Below are positions 1 through 13,639 of a stretch of DNA of 64,000 bases, one piece after another. Under the pieces are notes generated by a model, which had not been told where the DNA came from, did not search any database, and saw only the letters and a list, made by a program, of their open reading frames with translations. The number at the start of each line of letters is the position of its first letter. Position 1 is the stretch's first letter. Source of the stretch: Nymphaea colorata (taxonomy: Eukaryota). Location: positions 28,272,001 to 28,336,000 of the forward strand of contig NC_045138.2 of the NCBI RefSeq assembly GCF_008831285.2, read 5' to 3'. Both the position numbers and the translations under genes were made by a program.

Positions 1-1402
1 AAAATAATGTATGCGATATTTTTTCAGAATCTTTGACTGTTTTGATTCCCTAGCTTGATTTCGGGTTAGTAGTAAGTTGAAATAAACTGACAAACGTGTT
101 GTTGCTGAATGGTCAAGGACTCAAAAAGGTCGTTGAGGATTTAACAGTTGGACGTAAACCTAATTGTGTTTGTTTTCTTAAATATTTCATATGTTTGGAA
201 GTTTCCCTTTTCTATTTCTTGCTTTAAGAGTACTCTTGATGCGTAGGGAAATGCCACAGATCCAAGTGTAAGCGTTGGGCGAGAGAGGCAAGCCCTGTGG
301 GACGTAGGAGTTGACATCTGACGAAAGAAAATAGACTTAACCTCACTTTTTCTTTCTTCTTTTTGTTTTTTTTTTTCTGATATCATTGTTTATAGTGTGG
401 TAATTGTGTTCATTTAGTTCCGATTCTGGATTTTCAAGCCTCCAGAAAAAGGGAGAAACAATTTTGTACAGCTGAAAATCGTTCTATTATTTTAGCAGTT
501 GGTTGCAACACAGGCGCGGCACAATGCAGGCAAAGCCATTAATGTGAAATGAGTTTGACTTGATATTTTCAAAACCTGACGTCGTGGAGAGAGATTTTCT
601 CAAATATTGCAGTAAATAGTACGAGCTTACCCTTTCAGTTAATGTGGTTATAAGTAATCTCATGCCATGTTTTCTGTTTCAAATCAGAAGCTTGATAAAT
701 GAACATGTTTGTCACCATGAAATATTTTTCTGTTTCAAATCAGAAGCTTGATAGATGTAGATATTTGTCATCATGAAATACGTATTTGAGAATGTTTTGT
801 ATAAGAATTAACCACTCAATTGACCATGAAATACGTATTTGAGATTGTTCTCCGCAACAATAGTTAACCACTCGTGCTGTCCTGATCTCAAGGAACTTTC
901 AAATAGATATAAAATTCATGTTTTTTTTACTTACAACTAAAAATTTTATAAGAAAAACAATTATGGACCGAGAAAAGGAAGCTGATTGTGTTTCTGGCGG
1001 TCTCAAATCCATATGGGAGAAGAAGAAGCCTGGATGATCATGACAAACCTGAATTTCCTATCAAAATATTGGCTGTAAGCTCCAACCAGATCCCGATCAG
1101 AGCTAGTTCCGATTTAGCTGAATTTGAGTATGGATCCAAACGTAGTTGATAATAGTTGGGAAAGGTTAGGTTTTCGAGGTGGATGCAAGTATAATTCTTA
1201 AGAAAGGAAACGAATTTAAATCCAAGAAAGTCGAATGATCCATATCTGAAACTTATCCGACCCGTTCTGCTAAGATCCGTGTGGTCGGGTAGGATAACAA
1301 GGACAAAAATGATTCTCGACCTTTAAAATTGGAGAGGCTCCTACTTAATAGCGGGACCTTGGTGAATCACATAGTTAATTGACGTTTTTGCAAGAATAAT
1401 CT

Positions 1403-1424
1403 CCAATGATAGCAGGCCACGTCA
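1403..1424 (+). promoter_or_regulatory. CCAAT-N9-CCACG (ERSE consensus) overlapping a CCACGTCA bZIP site, about 230 bp upstream of the YbeY ATG
   Basis: Sequence CCAAT gatagcagg CCACG TCA read directly. Function is untested. Confidence 0.4.
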
Positions 1425-1649
1425 GCAGAAAAGCGAAACCCTTTGTGAAACTCCTGAAGAGAAGGCCTAAGCGGTGGCATATAACAGAGGACTTGACGTT
1501 TCACTACAATTCTGCGTTATTCGCGCCATTCTCTTGCTCCCCTTCTTTGCGCCCGCTCGAAATCGAGAGGCAGCCGAAGCAGAGAAGGAGCTCCCATCCC
1601 CCCCTCTGCGGCCGTCTCAAATCTCCCGCGAGGTCTTCCGGCAGCTTCA

Positions 1650-4600
1650 ATGGCTCGAGTGGCCGTCGTGAGAGCTCTCCCGCTGGCGGCGAGGCTTCCG
1701 CTCGGTGACCTCCTGCCACTCGTTCGCGTTAGCTACTCTACATTCCGGCCGTCGTCCTCCTCCTCCCTCTTCTCGGAGCCCCTTCATTTCGGATCTTTCT
1801 TCACCTGCCGGAGCTCTGAGGCTTTCCCGAGGGTGAGGGCGCCTGGATGGCCGGTTGCTTCTGTCCGGGGCTTCCGCAAGACTCGGCGGCGCCCAGTCGC
1901 GCGGAAGAACCCGTCGAAAGAGAGGCAGTTGGAGCTCGACGTGAAGATCTGCCTCGAAGAAGAGCTCCCCGATGATCCGGAAGTTCTGGTAATCCAAATT
2001 CCGGAATTTTGATTTTTATTTTTATTTTTTTTTGTCGAATGATTCAATTTGAGACGAAGAGCTCTGAGTTTCTGGTAAATTGTGTGCGCCCTCTGTTTGA
2101 GAATTTACACTTGGATGTGCATCAATTGATGCAATGATGGATGACATGTTTATGTCAACGTATTCCTTTTGACGTTGCTGGTTGTGTCGTAGATATTATT
2201 GTTGTTCATTGTCGTGTAAGTGATTTGTACGTACTGTCATGTGAAAATTTTTCATTTTTTATATCTTATTGGTTCAATAATACAGATTTCTAATTTCTAA
2301 ATGCATTCTGCGATCATGTATTTAAACAATCTCGTCTTCGATTCCCTTGTTTAGTAATCAAATTTTCTTGGTAGCGTTTCAAGGAAGTATGAAAGTGAAA
2401 CTTCGGTTTCATGATTCACGTCGCTCCAAATAAAACGCGGAGAGAGGAAAGAGAGTGCGGCTAATTAATCTACAAAGCAATGCCAACTGGAATTTATCAC
2501 AAAAAATTCACGACAATGTCACATCATTTTCATGATTTGTCTAATAACTTAGAATGCGGACATTGTGAAAGGTGTTTGCTATTTTCAATATACTCAGAAT
2601 GGTTCCATACGGAAACACACACTGACACGTATATAATTTATTATATTTGTTTATATACAAATAAACATGCCAAGATTTATGACTCGAGTTCCTATTGGCA
2701 TCTTCTAGTTTAAGAGTGAAGTATTTAAGTGTTCACATGTTATGCAGGACTGGTTCAACCTGAAGCTGAATTAACAATAACTCTTTAGTTAATATTTCCT
2801 CTTCCTATGTTTCTGGTGCCACAAAATCTTTGCGGGCAGAACTGGCTTTGCAACCTTCCATGCGTTAATTTTGTAAATTGTCTTTAAATTGTATTATAAG
2901 TATGCAAAACATTAAACACCAACATGAAATTGAGATTATGCAAGTTCATGGGTAATAGAAAGCCAGAATAGAGCTTGTTCCTATGGTTTGATGTTTGTAA
3001 GTTTCCCCCCAAATTAATCATATGGTACCTGAAGTTTATAAACAATTGGAGTCACTTTTTGGGTTGTTCTATGGAAATTTTGATATTTAAAGGTTAAGTC
3101 TATCCATTCACAATTTCGATTAGGACAAAACCAGCTACTTTTAGTGTCCTGTCAAAACAAAGTCCCTACTGTTGCTTCTGTTTTCCACTTCTCTCAATGT
3201 AAGCTGGAATTTTAGGCAGACAAAGTCCCTACTGTTGCTTCTGCTTTTCACTTCTCTCAATGTAAGCTGGAATTTTAGGCAGACAGTACCATCCTAGAGT
3301 ATTGAGCTCAAAAGATCTTTGCGTTGCAGAATTCCTTGTAGTGTGCTTGCTGGGGCCTACAATTTTCTCCAGTGCTGAAAAAGACTTGAACTACCTATCC
3401 ACAATAAGTGAACAACACTTGCGTGGAACAAAACAAATCTTTATATTTCTGAAAATAGTGGAGTTTACACCTTAAACCCTTGCCACAACATCGTGCTGTA
3501 TGGACTTAACATGAATATTGAATGAGAGATTATTGTGCTTAAGAATTCTAGTACAAACAGACCATTCATGTTGGCCAATGAAATGACCTGCATGAGTGGC
3601 CACCAGTTCACCACTGCAAAATAATAGTTCATCCTGTTCTTCGTGATCGTTAAATTACAATGAGTAGGACCAATGGGTTGTGTAAATTGTCAATAATATA
3701 CCTTGGGTATGGATTTATTCAAATTTTGAATACTAAATTAGCTAACATCCTATATTGCATTCCTATTAGAATGTGCCTTCTGAACTCCTGAATTAGATTT
3801 TTAAATTTAAATTGACTTGTTACCTGCATCTCATCTGTGCTTACTTGATCATATTTTGCAGAGCATAGCAGAAATTCTGCGACTAAACGCTCCAATGGCA
3901 ATGAAGATTGCATTCGATGGACTGAAAGATTCAGATTATAAAACAAGAGATAGAACCATAAATGATGTTGGCAATTTTGAAAAGGCTGAGCTGTCTATAA
4001 TGCTTTGTAATGACAATTTTATCCGAAAGCTGAACAAGGACTGGCGAGACGAAGACCATGCTACTGATGTACTCTCCATGTCGCAGCATATTCCAGGATT
4101 TGACCTACCAATTGTGAGGACATCTTATTCACCCAAAGAATATTTGCTTTCTGTTAAGAAGCATGGGTTAGGAAATGATCTATCAAATGATAGCCTAGCT
4201 TTTGTTTCTTGGCTGATGCAAACCATTAACTTCTACAGCTCATGTTGGGGGATATTGTCATTTCTGTTGAGACTGCTGCAAGACAAGCTGAAGAAAGAGG
4301 TCATTCACTTCTTGATGAAATACGCATCTTATTGGTTTGTACCATCTCGTATCCTTTCATTTTGTGCATGCATGTAAATTTTTGGCTCTTGAGAAATCAC
4401 TGCCTCAAGTTGTTTGTACGGTTGTTACATGTGAGGATTGGTGAACTTTCTTTGTCATTTTTACTGTGTGAACTGGAAGGTTTGGGAAAGAAAAAATATG
4501 GTGAGACCGTGAGAGACTAACAAGGCAATGTGTGAAAGTCCATCTGTGTGTGTGTGTGTGTATAAACATGAACACACACATCAAGTCACGTGGACTTAAA

Positions 4601-7600
4601 TGGTAGTATATATATTTCTCAGTACACATTTTTGTATCTATTCTTTACTTAACTAAGTTAATAACTTATGCTGGGCAAAATGCAGGTCCATGGTCTGCTG
4701 CATCTTCTTGGATTTGATCATGAGGTAAGTGATGAAGCTGAAGCAGAGATGGAAAAGGAAGAAGAGGTTGTTTTAAAGAGTCTTGGTTGGAAGGGGAAAG
4801 GTCTCATCAATAGTGCGTATGATTCAATAGCAGATGAAATCCAAAGGGCCGAAGATTCAAATGGTATTGCCATCCATTTATCCTCCACCTTGTTAACTTC
4901 AATTTTGACCTCGTGGTACTACTTGAGCTTGAAAGGGGTGGGACCCAAGTGAATTTGTAGTTTGAGAGCCTTTGCAGGTCATTATGTTAAGGAGGCAAAG
5001 AAAGAAGGCAGCCTTCGTTTTTATCAGCCCAAGTTTAAATATATTTTCTGTGATATGGATGGTAAGCTCAGTTGGTACCTCAGGAATAAGCTTTATTTAT
5101 GGTGTTAGTTTGTCCATAATTTTATGCTGTTTCATCTCAGGAACGCTTCTTAATAGCAAGAGTCAAATTACTCCAAGAAATGCCATGGCATTAAGGGAGG
5201 CAATTTCGAGGGGAGTGAAGGTTGTCATTGCCACTGGAAAGGTTAGTTGTACATCTCCTTTTGCTTCTGGGTTCTTTTATTCCTTCTTGTGCTCAATTTA
5301 TCACATGGTTTTAGGTCCAGTTAACAGCTTCTCCAGCACTACTAATAGCATATACTGTGATATATGAAAGCATATTTTTCATCTGTTCAATTTATTCCCA
5401 TTCTATTATTTCTTGTCAGACACGGCCTGCTGTTATAAATGCTCTGAAGACTGTGGACTTGGTGGGGAAGAATGGTGTTGCTTCTGAGTTCTCGTCAGGT
5501 GTCTTTTTGCAGGTTTCTCTATTTGCCTTTTGATACTCATAGCTTGACTTATGTTTCACAGTTTCAAGGCTATATTGGACCAGTCTGTTTCCAATATGAT
5601 ACTTTTGTTGTTTTAGTTTGTGTTTTAGATTTAAGTTTTCTCTCTCTCTGTCTCTCTGCCTGTTAATTTTTTCCCTTCATCTTATGAAGTATTCCTTTAG
5701 CATTGATTTCTCTTTTCTTGAATGTGCAATCTCCAATCTTAGATAAATCTTAGATCTTTTGTTATAAGTCATTCTTTTACAATTTAACGGACATCTTGTG
5801 GTGTAGGAAATTAGAGAAGTAATTTTGTGACCCTCACAAGAACTCTGTTATCATTTAGTCAAAATATTGTTTGTTTGCTCTGTTTTCATGTTCCTTGATC
5901 AAATATGGAGTTATATGGTATTTCAAATGAATGAGAATGTTTCAATAAACATCTTCTGATTGACCTTTTAACAAATGAACTGGGAAATTTATTTGTATAA
6001 GTAACCAAAGAAACATACTTCTGCTTCAGTGCTTCTCATATTTAGGTTGTTGTTCATACTTCTTATATTTAGTTGATTGTTTTGCTGTCAAGTGGTTGGT
6101 AACAAAACTAGCAGGAGACTTCCTCTTTATGGAGATAGGAGAGGGTCTTTCCTCACACAACCACACCTGGCTCTTCTTTTGTATCAGTTGGACTTTTCAT
6201 AACTCTATTCTTCTTGATCTTTTCACAAGACTTACAATGATAGTGCTGTCCAATATTACTATTTACTATGCATACCTATGAATGGGATGGAATATCAAAG
6301 TCTGCTTTTTTTTTTCTTCTAGTGAATCTCTTTTTTCCCCCAACATCTTGGTATATTTCAGAATTAGATGTAAAACTTAGCTGAGTGCTGGAAACTGTTG
6401 AATGATGCTTGATGATGATGTCAAACTATTCGTATGGTGATAAAAGTTTCGGTTGGGCTTAGGTTTTGGTTTTAAAAATGACCACTGTTTAGTTGACTTA
6501 ACCTGTGCATGTCTTGTTTAAATGCTTGGAAGAGAATGTCTCAAAACGTCTGGGACATTCTCCTTCATAAATTTTGTTGCACCCTTAAAGATGGCAGAAA
6601 TTGTGGGATAAAGCCGCTTTAATGATATGGTTTGTTGGAGACTTCATGAGATGTCATTCTGAGAGGAGTGCTGCTGAGATGCAATGCCTATCTTAGATAT
6701 TATTCCCGACCATGCAAACACACCCTCGGAATGTGCATTTACATTCTACAACCCATTGACTGAACCAACTCAGTACTGTTTCTAGTTTTTTTTTTGTTAC
6801 TTATTGCATGTTTTTGTGGTAGTTTTCAGTTCTCTAAGTGTCCGTTTTAAATTGTTTGCCTGTTGTACATTTTAATATTTTTGAAATGTTCTGTAGTCTT
6901 CGTGCAGCATTCTCTTTTTTGTGGAGACATGCAGGAGCACTTATAAGAGGGTTGCTCATGTAAAAGTGCACTTCTATGTGCTTACTGGAAATCTTTTTTA
7001 ACCCTTTTTATTTATGAAAGCTTTTGTGGAATTTATGCATTTTTAGAGAAACTCAAAATAAATGAAATATGAATTATAATGGAAACTAGATCCAGTAATT
7101 TTGTGTGTTGTCAATTCAAGGAATTGGGAAGTTGCAGCTTATCGAATAAGGAAAAATGTTGTGCATGAGATTTTAACAGTTCGTGCCAGTTGACTGTTTC
7201 TTATAGTTTTTCTTTCTTTTGAATTTTGTATAAAATAAAAAATCTCATTTCGAATGATAATTGTAGGGTTTGCTAGTTTATGGTATGCAAGGCCGTGAGA
7301 TTTATAGAAGAAATCTGGATCCAGATGTTTGCAGGGAGGTAAGATGTTTCAAAAATATTAAAGAAAGCCTGTTGATTGTCTTTGTGTTTTCAAGTCGGAT
7401 GCTTTTGTGCCTAACATTTGTTAACCTTGAAAATTGATTGCAATAATCTATACTAAAAGAAAGTCATAAACATCCAGGAAGCCTTGACTCATTGATATTT
7501 ATGATCTTGAACGAGAACCTGATGGACAAAAATTATTCTGGTACATAAAAATATGATCTGCTGGATAACATTCCAAACCTTTTCTAAATGTTCAAACCTC

Positions 7601-10294
7601 AACTCCATGTAGGGGATGTCGTTCAAAAACATCACTAGTTCGTATGTGGGACCTAAGTCATTCTCAAATTTCAGTCCATAATTATGAACTATTCTAGCTG
7701 CCAGTGTAGAAGTGCCAACCATGTTGAGTACAAACCTCTTGTAGTGACTTAACATTTCATTTGCAATTCCACCGACTAACTCTACATTCTATTTGGCTTT
7801 GCACTGCCGTACATTCTTCCCCAACAGATGTATCACTTTCTCTGTTGCTTAGGTAGATAGGATATGATTGCTCTAATACAGGGGATATTTTTCTGTAGTT
7901 GTTTCTCTGTTGTTTCCTCTTTATCTATTCTGCAGAGATCTATTTCTGCATATAATTACTAATCTTTTTCATGTTGAACCTGTTCTTCTCACATTAAATT
8001 TTTGCAGGCCTTTTTGTATTCTTTGGAGCACAGAGTGCCTCTTATTGGGTTTAGTCAAGATCGATGTGTGACACTGTTTGACGATCCATTGATTGAATCA
8101 CTCCACACTGTCTATTTTGAGCCAAGGGTAACCTAGGATATGAATATGTTAGTAACAGGAAATAACCTCATTTTGGACCTTACTTGTGCTATCTTGATTT
8201 AAGGCTTTTCCTTTTTATTTTCTTTCTTTTGCAGGCAGAGGTCATGCCCTCAGTCGAAGACCTTCTGAGAGCTGTTGACATTCAGGCAAGCATCCCAAAG
8301 CATGAAAGATGCTGTCTATTGCCGTGATAGCCTCTATCTCAACATTAAATCTTGAATCAACTGTTTGCTTTTTCTTCTTTTTCATTCATCTTCATGAGCA
8401 AGTGAATAAAAGGACAAATGAGTTACAATAATGCAGGAAATGATGAAAGACTTGGGCGATAAGTAATGTTGATTAAAATACCTGTCAATCAAGATTACTT
8501 CACTTTTCTCAGTTACTGCTTTTCAGCTTTTCTATTTTCTTATCTTGGTCTGGCTTATTTCTTTCTCATTGCTTTTCCATATTCTTGTTATGACTTGTTT
8601 GCCATTATGTTGGCAAAGCTTGATGGTGGGGCCAAGGCTTGATAATGACAATGATGAAAGTTCAATGTTTTGGAAATCTAGAAGTTTTCTTTTATTTATT
8701 TTGTGGTGTGGCTACCAACAGTCACCCAAATTATTTTTTCCTGCTAGCCTGCTGGATTTGCTGCTCATAGTCCAAAAATTTAGGAAAGCTCCTGTTTCCT
8801 GAGATAGAGCCTAGATTTTTTCGGGAATTTAGATTCTGTTGTAACAACAAAGTTCCTATATTTCGAGACTTTGCCTAGATTTTTTTTTTTTTTTGGAAAG
8901 CAGGTTTTGTTATAAAATCTGCTGCTTTTGATTCCTGGGCTTTTTTTTTTTTTTGTGTGTTAAAGCATGTTTGACCTTTTAACTGCTTCACTGTTACCTC
9001 ATCTACATTTCTGCATTTGGAATTTTCTTATGATTTGTTCTGATATGGACAAATTTAAGAAAGCAACGATTTCTTGGAAAAGCTAGTATTGGACACCTAC
9101 AAACATTGAAACTAAATGTCTATTACCACCATCACACGTTTTGTGTTTTAGCAACTTAATGACGTCAGATGTTATGACCAGTTTAAATGCTCCAGTCAGT
9201 AGGAAAAAGTAGAAAGGATCCATAAGAGCAAGACAAAAATTTTCAAAGTCGTTATTATTGTAGTAAACTATTTTAGGTGACTCCGAGATGCCAAACTTCT
9301 CATGCGTGCATGTGTCTCCGAAGCATCAAATTTTGTAAAAGAGGCATAACATTCCTCTCTACTTTAGGTGCATCTTAGATGACCGAATCTCATGTCCGCG
9401 TCTTGCCTTCCAAGCATCACAAAAAGTGGCATAATATTCTTGTCTTTTCTTTGGTATTTGCAGAAATTGCTCTTCTATGGCACTGCAGAGAGTGTTTCTA
9501 CATCTTTGCGGCCTCATTGGTCAGAAGCAGTGCAAGAAAGAGCTCGTGTTGTTCAGGCACAGGCTGATATGCTGGAAATTGTTCCACCTGGGACTTCAAA
9601 AGGTGAAGGTGTGCGCATGCTGCTGGACCATCTTGGTGCTAACACTGACGAGGTAACATAAAACCATGGGTCTTTGTCTATCCATGCCACCTCCATTTAT
9701 ATTTTTCATTTGAGTTGGCCATTGAAGTAATGAAGTCCTATCTTCCTCTGCTACAAACCAGTCAATGCTCTGGCAAGTTTAAAAAATTGAAATTGCACTA
9801 TTCCGTGAAGGCCTGAATTAAGCATATTAGCCCCTGAAACCAAAATGGCATGTCTGAAGTTTCTTTATTCTGTCCTGGATGCTTGAACCTCCAAACCCTC
9901 ACCACTTTAATTTCTGTTTATGATTTTATTGCATTTTTCTCATTCCAATTAAGGAAAATAAGGAATGCTCCTCTCTGGCTTCTCAGCCCAGTCTTCAACT
10001 TCCAATCTGGTTTTTGACTTTCAAAACAGTCTCAGTCTCCCCTTTATACCGGGTGGTCAAACTTCCTTCGTCCATTTGTTTCTTTATTATTTTTCTCTTC
10101 CTTAACCCAATATTGTATCTGTTAAGGTCATGGCCATAGGTGATGGTGAAAACGATATTGAAATGCTGAAACTTGCTTCACTGGGAGTTGTGCTTGAAAA
10201 TGGTGTAGATAAGGCTAAAGCAGTTGCAGACGCGACTGCTGCGTCCAATGATGAAGATGGAGTGGCAGATGCCATTTACCGCTTTGCTTTCTGA
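1650..10294 (+). CDS. YBEY: Chloroplast endoribonuclease YbeY with C-terminal Cof-type HAD hydrolase domain (about 580 aa, 12 exons)
   Basis: Exons read by hand: 1650-1988, 3862-4113, 4239-4334, 4686-4863, 4978-5061, 5141-5241, 5420-5512, 7267-7338, 8008-8127, 8235-8285, 9464-9652, 10127-10294 (1743 nt, frame preserved). Ser/Arg-rich transit-peptide-like N-terminus; YbeY motifs LNKDWRDEDHATDVLS, LGDIVIS and zinc-binding HGLLHLLGFDH; HAD motifs DMDGTLLN, IATGK, SKGEG, GDGENDIEML. Confidence 0.95.
3157..3285. repeat. Tandem duplication, 63-bp unit x2, in YbeY intron 1
   Basis: acaaagtccctactgttgcttctg...ggaattttaggcag repeated near-identically from 3157 and 3220. Confidence 0.9.
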
Positions 10295-12459
10295 TACAGT
10301 AATTCTTTCAGAAGATGTTTATTGTTGCACTGACCGGGATTTCTTAGTGCAAGTCCCCTAATTCAAGTGGGGTATAATTCTCTCAACCCCACTCAAAGAA
10401 GAGAGAAAGAAGCTTATAGTTTATGAAAGATTCAAATGTAATAAGAAATACTAAATTGCCAGTTTTCCTATTCAAAATGGAGGAAGAGATCTTATGTTCA
10501 AGTATTTTCATGTCTATTCAAAAATTGTGTGCGTGTGCACAAGTCTGCACATGCATTTAAGTTTGCGCAGCAAACTATAGAATGTGTACCTCCATAAGTA
10601 ATTCAAAGCATCTGGTGTTCACTGCACAAAATTTTTCCACGGTAAAGAAGACTTGAAAAATGAGGGGTTCTCATACGGATAATAACCGAGGAAAGATTTT
10701 CTCTCACTTGCGCAGCTTAAAGTTTTATTACTCATGAAATGTCTTCGCACTAGCTTAACGACTGTTGTATTAAAGAATTTTCCGTCTCCAATGAATTGCA
10801 CAGGAGCTAAAACCGTTTAATACGAAAAAATTCTCATCTCCTTAGATGGGGGAATGTGTAAAAGTTTTTTTTGAAACTTCCAGAAAAATTCTGAAACCGC
10901 TACTGGCAAGAACCTTCATTTTTGACATTCGAGAAAAGTAGGCCTTCGTTTTGTGGTGGTTCCTTTATTGGTACAGGTAATCAAACGGAAGATGCAGAAA
11001 GCTCTCGCTAATTTTTACGTAAAAAGTCTGGTGCGGGCCGATCTTATCCGTGTCGGCTGGATGCCTTACAAGATGAAAAGGCGTAAAAGTTGATGTATGA
11101 CCGTTTCCCACCATTATATTGTCGGCTCAAAAAGAGGGCGTTAAAAAAGTAATAAAGAAAAGGAGAGTAGTGGGGTTGACAGCCGCTATCCGGTTCGTGT
11201 TTATCGTAAGACTTTAGAGAAAATTTAGATATCACTTGTTCGTCTTGGAAATTCTTTCTGCCTCAAGAATTCCAACCATATCTCTTCTACACGCCATTGA
11301 CTGCCTTAAAAAAGAGAAAATCCTCGTACGATTCGTAGGAGTTTCATACAAGTATTGAACCTCCCAAATGGGTAAACCTTCTTATACAATGAAAAAAACA
11401 GTTCATGGTAACATTTGATGAAAAAAATTCAGGCATTTCCAAGAACTCAATAAGTTTCTCTTTTTTCTCAATAAACTCTCTGGCGTGATGTATTGGGGAA
11501 GCTAGAATAAGAGATAAACGTATGCCCAAATTCCTCTGTGCATCTCTGCAGGTAACTGAATGTCATATCAGTCTGTGTTGAGTCCAATTTCTCTCTGTCT
11601 CCTCACTGGAACACCATTTCACAAAGAATGCTCTGAAAAAGAATTCCTTTCAGAAGATACCTTTGTTATCGATGCAATTGTGTCAAAGGTTAGAGAACAT
11701 AAGAGCATCACGTCGAATTTACAGTGGAGAAACAGAAATTCCATCTTTAGTGTCTCCAAGGGGGGTGTTAAATATGCCAAAGTCTTATCTCGAGAAGGAG
11801 CATGGACCAATGAGGTTTTCACGTCTCCAAGCATGAAGATGGTTAACGTATGATGTTTTCAGTTATTTAATGAACGAAAGAAGCCCCTAACCTTCCTTAA
11901 AAGATAAAAGAAAACAAAATAAAAAAGAGTTACCCTGGGCTATCATGCTTGATAAGCTGAAAGCTTGAAACTGTTAGCATTTGATTACAGAGCTGTTGCA
12001 CCCTTTTGTCCAGGTGCCATGAATATGTGTCACGTAAAAAAGAAAATGGAACTCTGGATAACATATAATAGTTTGTCAATGATGAGAATCAAATTTCTTT
12101 TAAAGGATGTTTGAACATGCCATTCAAGCACCATCTTACAACCTTCAAGATATGCATTGGAAGAACACGGACAGGGAATATTTCTTGGAGAGAAAGAGCA
12201 CCATTGCAGTTCCACCAACAACGATAAGAATCATAAGATCAAGGGTCAAAGGGAATTTTTTTTTTTCATTTACTGAAAAAAAAAAGGAACTCTCAGTATT
12301 CTTCCCAACGTCAAGAGTGGAAGCAAAAAAAAAAGAAAAAGAAAGGAAAGCATGAGAATCTCATCAGGAAAAAGAACAACAGATAGCCTCGATATTTCTG
12401 GGAAATGTATTTACAAAGGATCAAAAATGACCCCTAAAACACAAGTGTGGGGCAATTTG

Positions 12460-13639
12460 TCACACATTCTTTTGTGTAGGGATTGGTGGCTTGTTGCTCA
12501 GAAAACTGTTGTTTCTTCTGATCAGTGATGCCCCACAAGAACTCTTCGGGGATTTCTTTGAGATGGCCTTAGATATGGAACCCCTTGGTGGGTATGACTT
12601 GTGGCAGTCCAGATTTCCAGCATAGCTCTTAGATGACTTTAACCTCTTGTTGTAGGGATTCTCAGGCTTTGCGAGGTCTGCCAAACAGGTCGCTGCTGCT
12701 AGTGATGTGAATGACTGTGATTTACCTTCGTAATGTTTGGAAAGACCTCTTCTGCCAAATGGAAAGTCACAATTCAATCAGGAAAACTCGTGGAAAAACG
12801 AAGACATGGTGCTTATAGACCGCACTTTCAACGCATAAGTTTGAAAAACGATTACCAACTTCGGTTTGAACCATAAAACACATTAAAATAGATGTTATAT
12901 CCTCTCACGGGTATGCTCTAACCAGTTTGGCCTCCTAACGGATCCGACCAGTGGCTTTTTTTTTTTTTTGGTTAAATTGAACCTACAGATGGAAAAGGTT
13001 TCATGTTTATTGCAGAAAAATATAGCAAACAAGGAAAAGGTTTCATGTTTAGGTGGCGTCCTGAGAGAGCTCAAAATCCCATTTTTCCTGCCGTAGAAAC
13101 AACAAGAACGAGTTTTTCTTGGCCGAATTTTGCCGGATCAATGACTTTATGCTTAGTAAATAAGGAATCGTAGACATTTACAGGCTTAGACTTTGAGAAA
13201 AGAAGAATTATATGTGGCTAATTCTTAGGAGGACAGAACTTTTGAGCTTCTATTCCTGGTGCCAGACATGTTTTTGTTGAAAAATTTTCCTTCGGCCATG
13301 GCTGTGAACGAGATCATTCGATGCCATTATCTATCTAATTGATAGACATCGCAACTGACAACGCGCGAGAGAGATAGAGACTTACTTGAAGGGAAGCTGT
13401 GCCATAAGGGATGTCATTTCATACAAAGGCCCCTCCACGAGCTGATTAACCGAAGAGGGCGACGAGGAAGACGACGAAGCGTCTTCCATGAAATCCGACG
13501 CCGAAGACGGATCTGAGCCGCTCGAATCCTCAGAGGACGACAAGGAGTCGAAGAGATCATCTTCCTCGCCACCACCACCGTCATCCATGATCCCAAGGCT
13601 GAATCTCGGCTCTCTCACGCAGACTGCAACTGCATCCAT
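12460..13639 (-). CDS. OXS3: OXIDATIVE STRESS 3-like protein (about 181 aa, 2 exons)
   Basis: Exons 13639-13386 and 12751-12460 with a GT-AG intron. Acidic Ser-rich N-terminus, GPLYEMTSLMAQLPF, and the family hallmark KRGLSKHYEGKSQSFTSL...DLAKPENPY. Confidence 0.9.
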
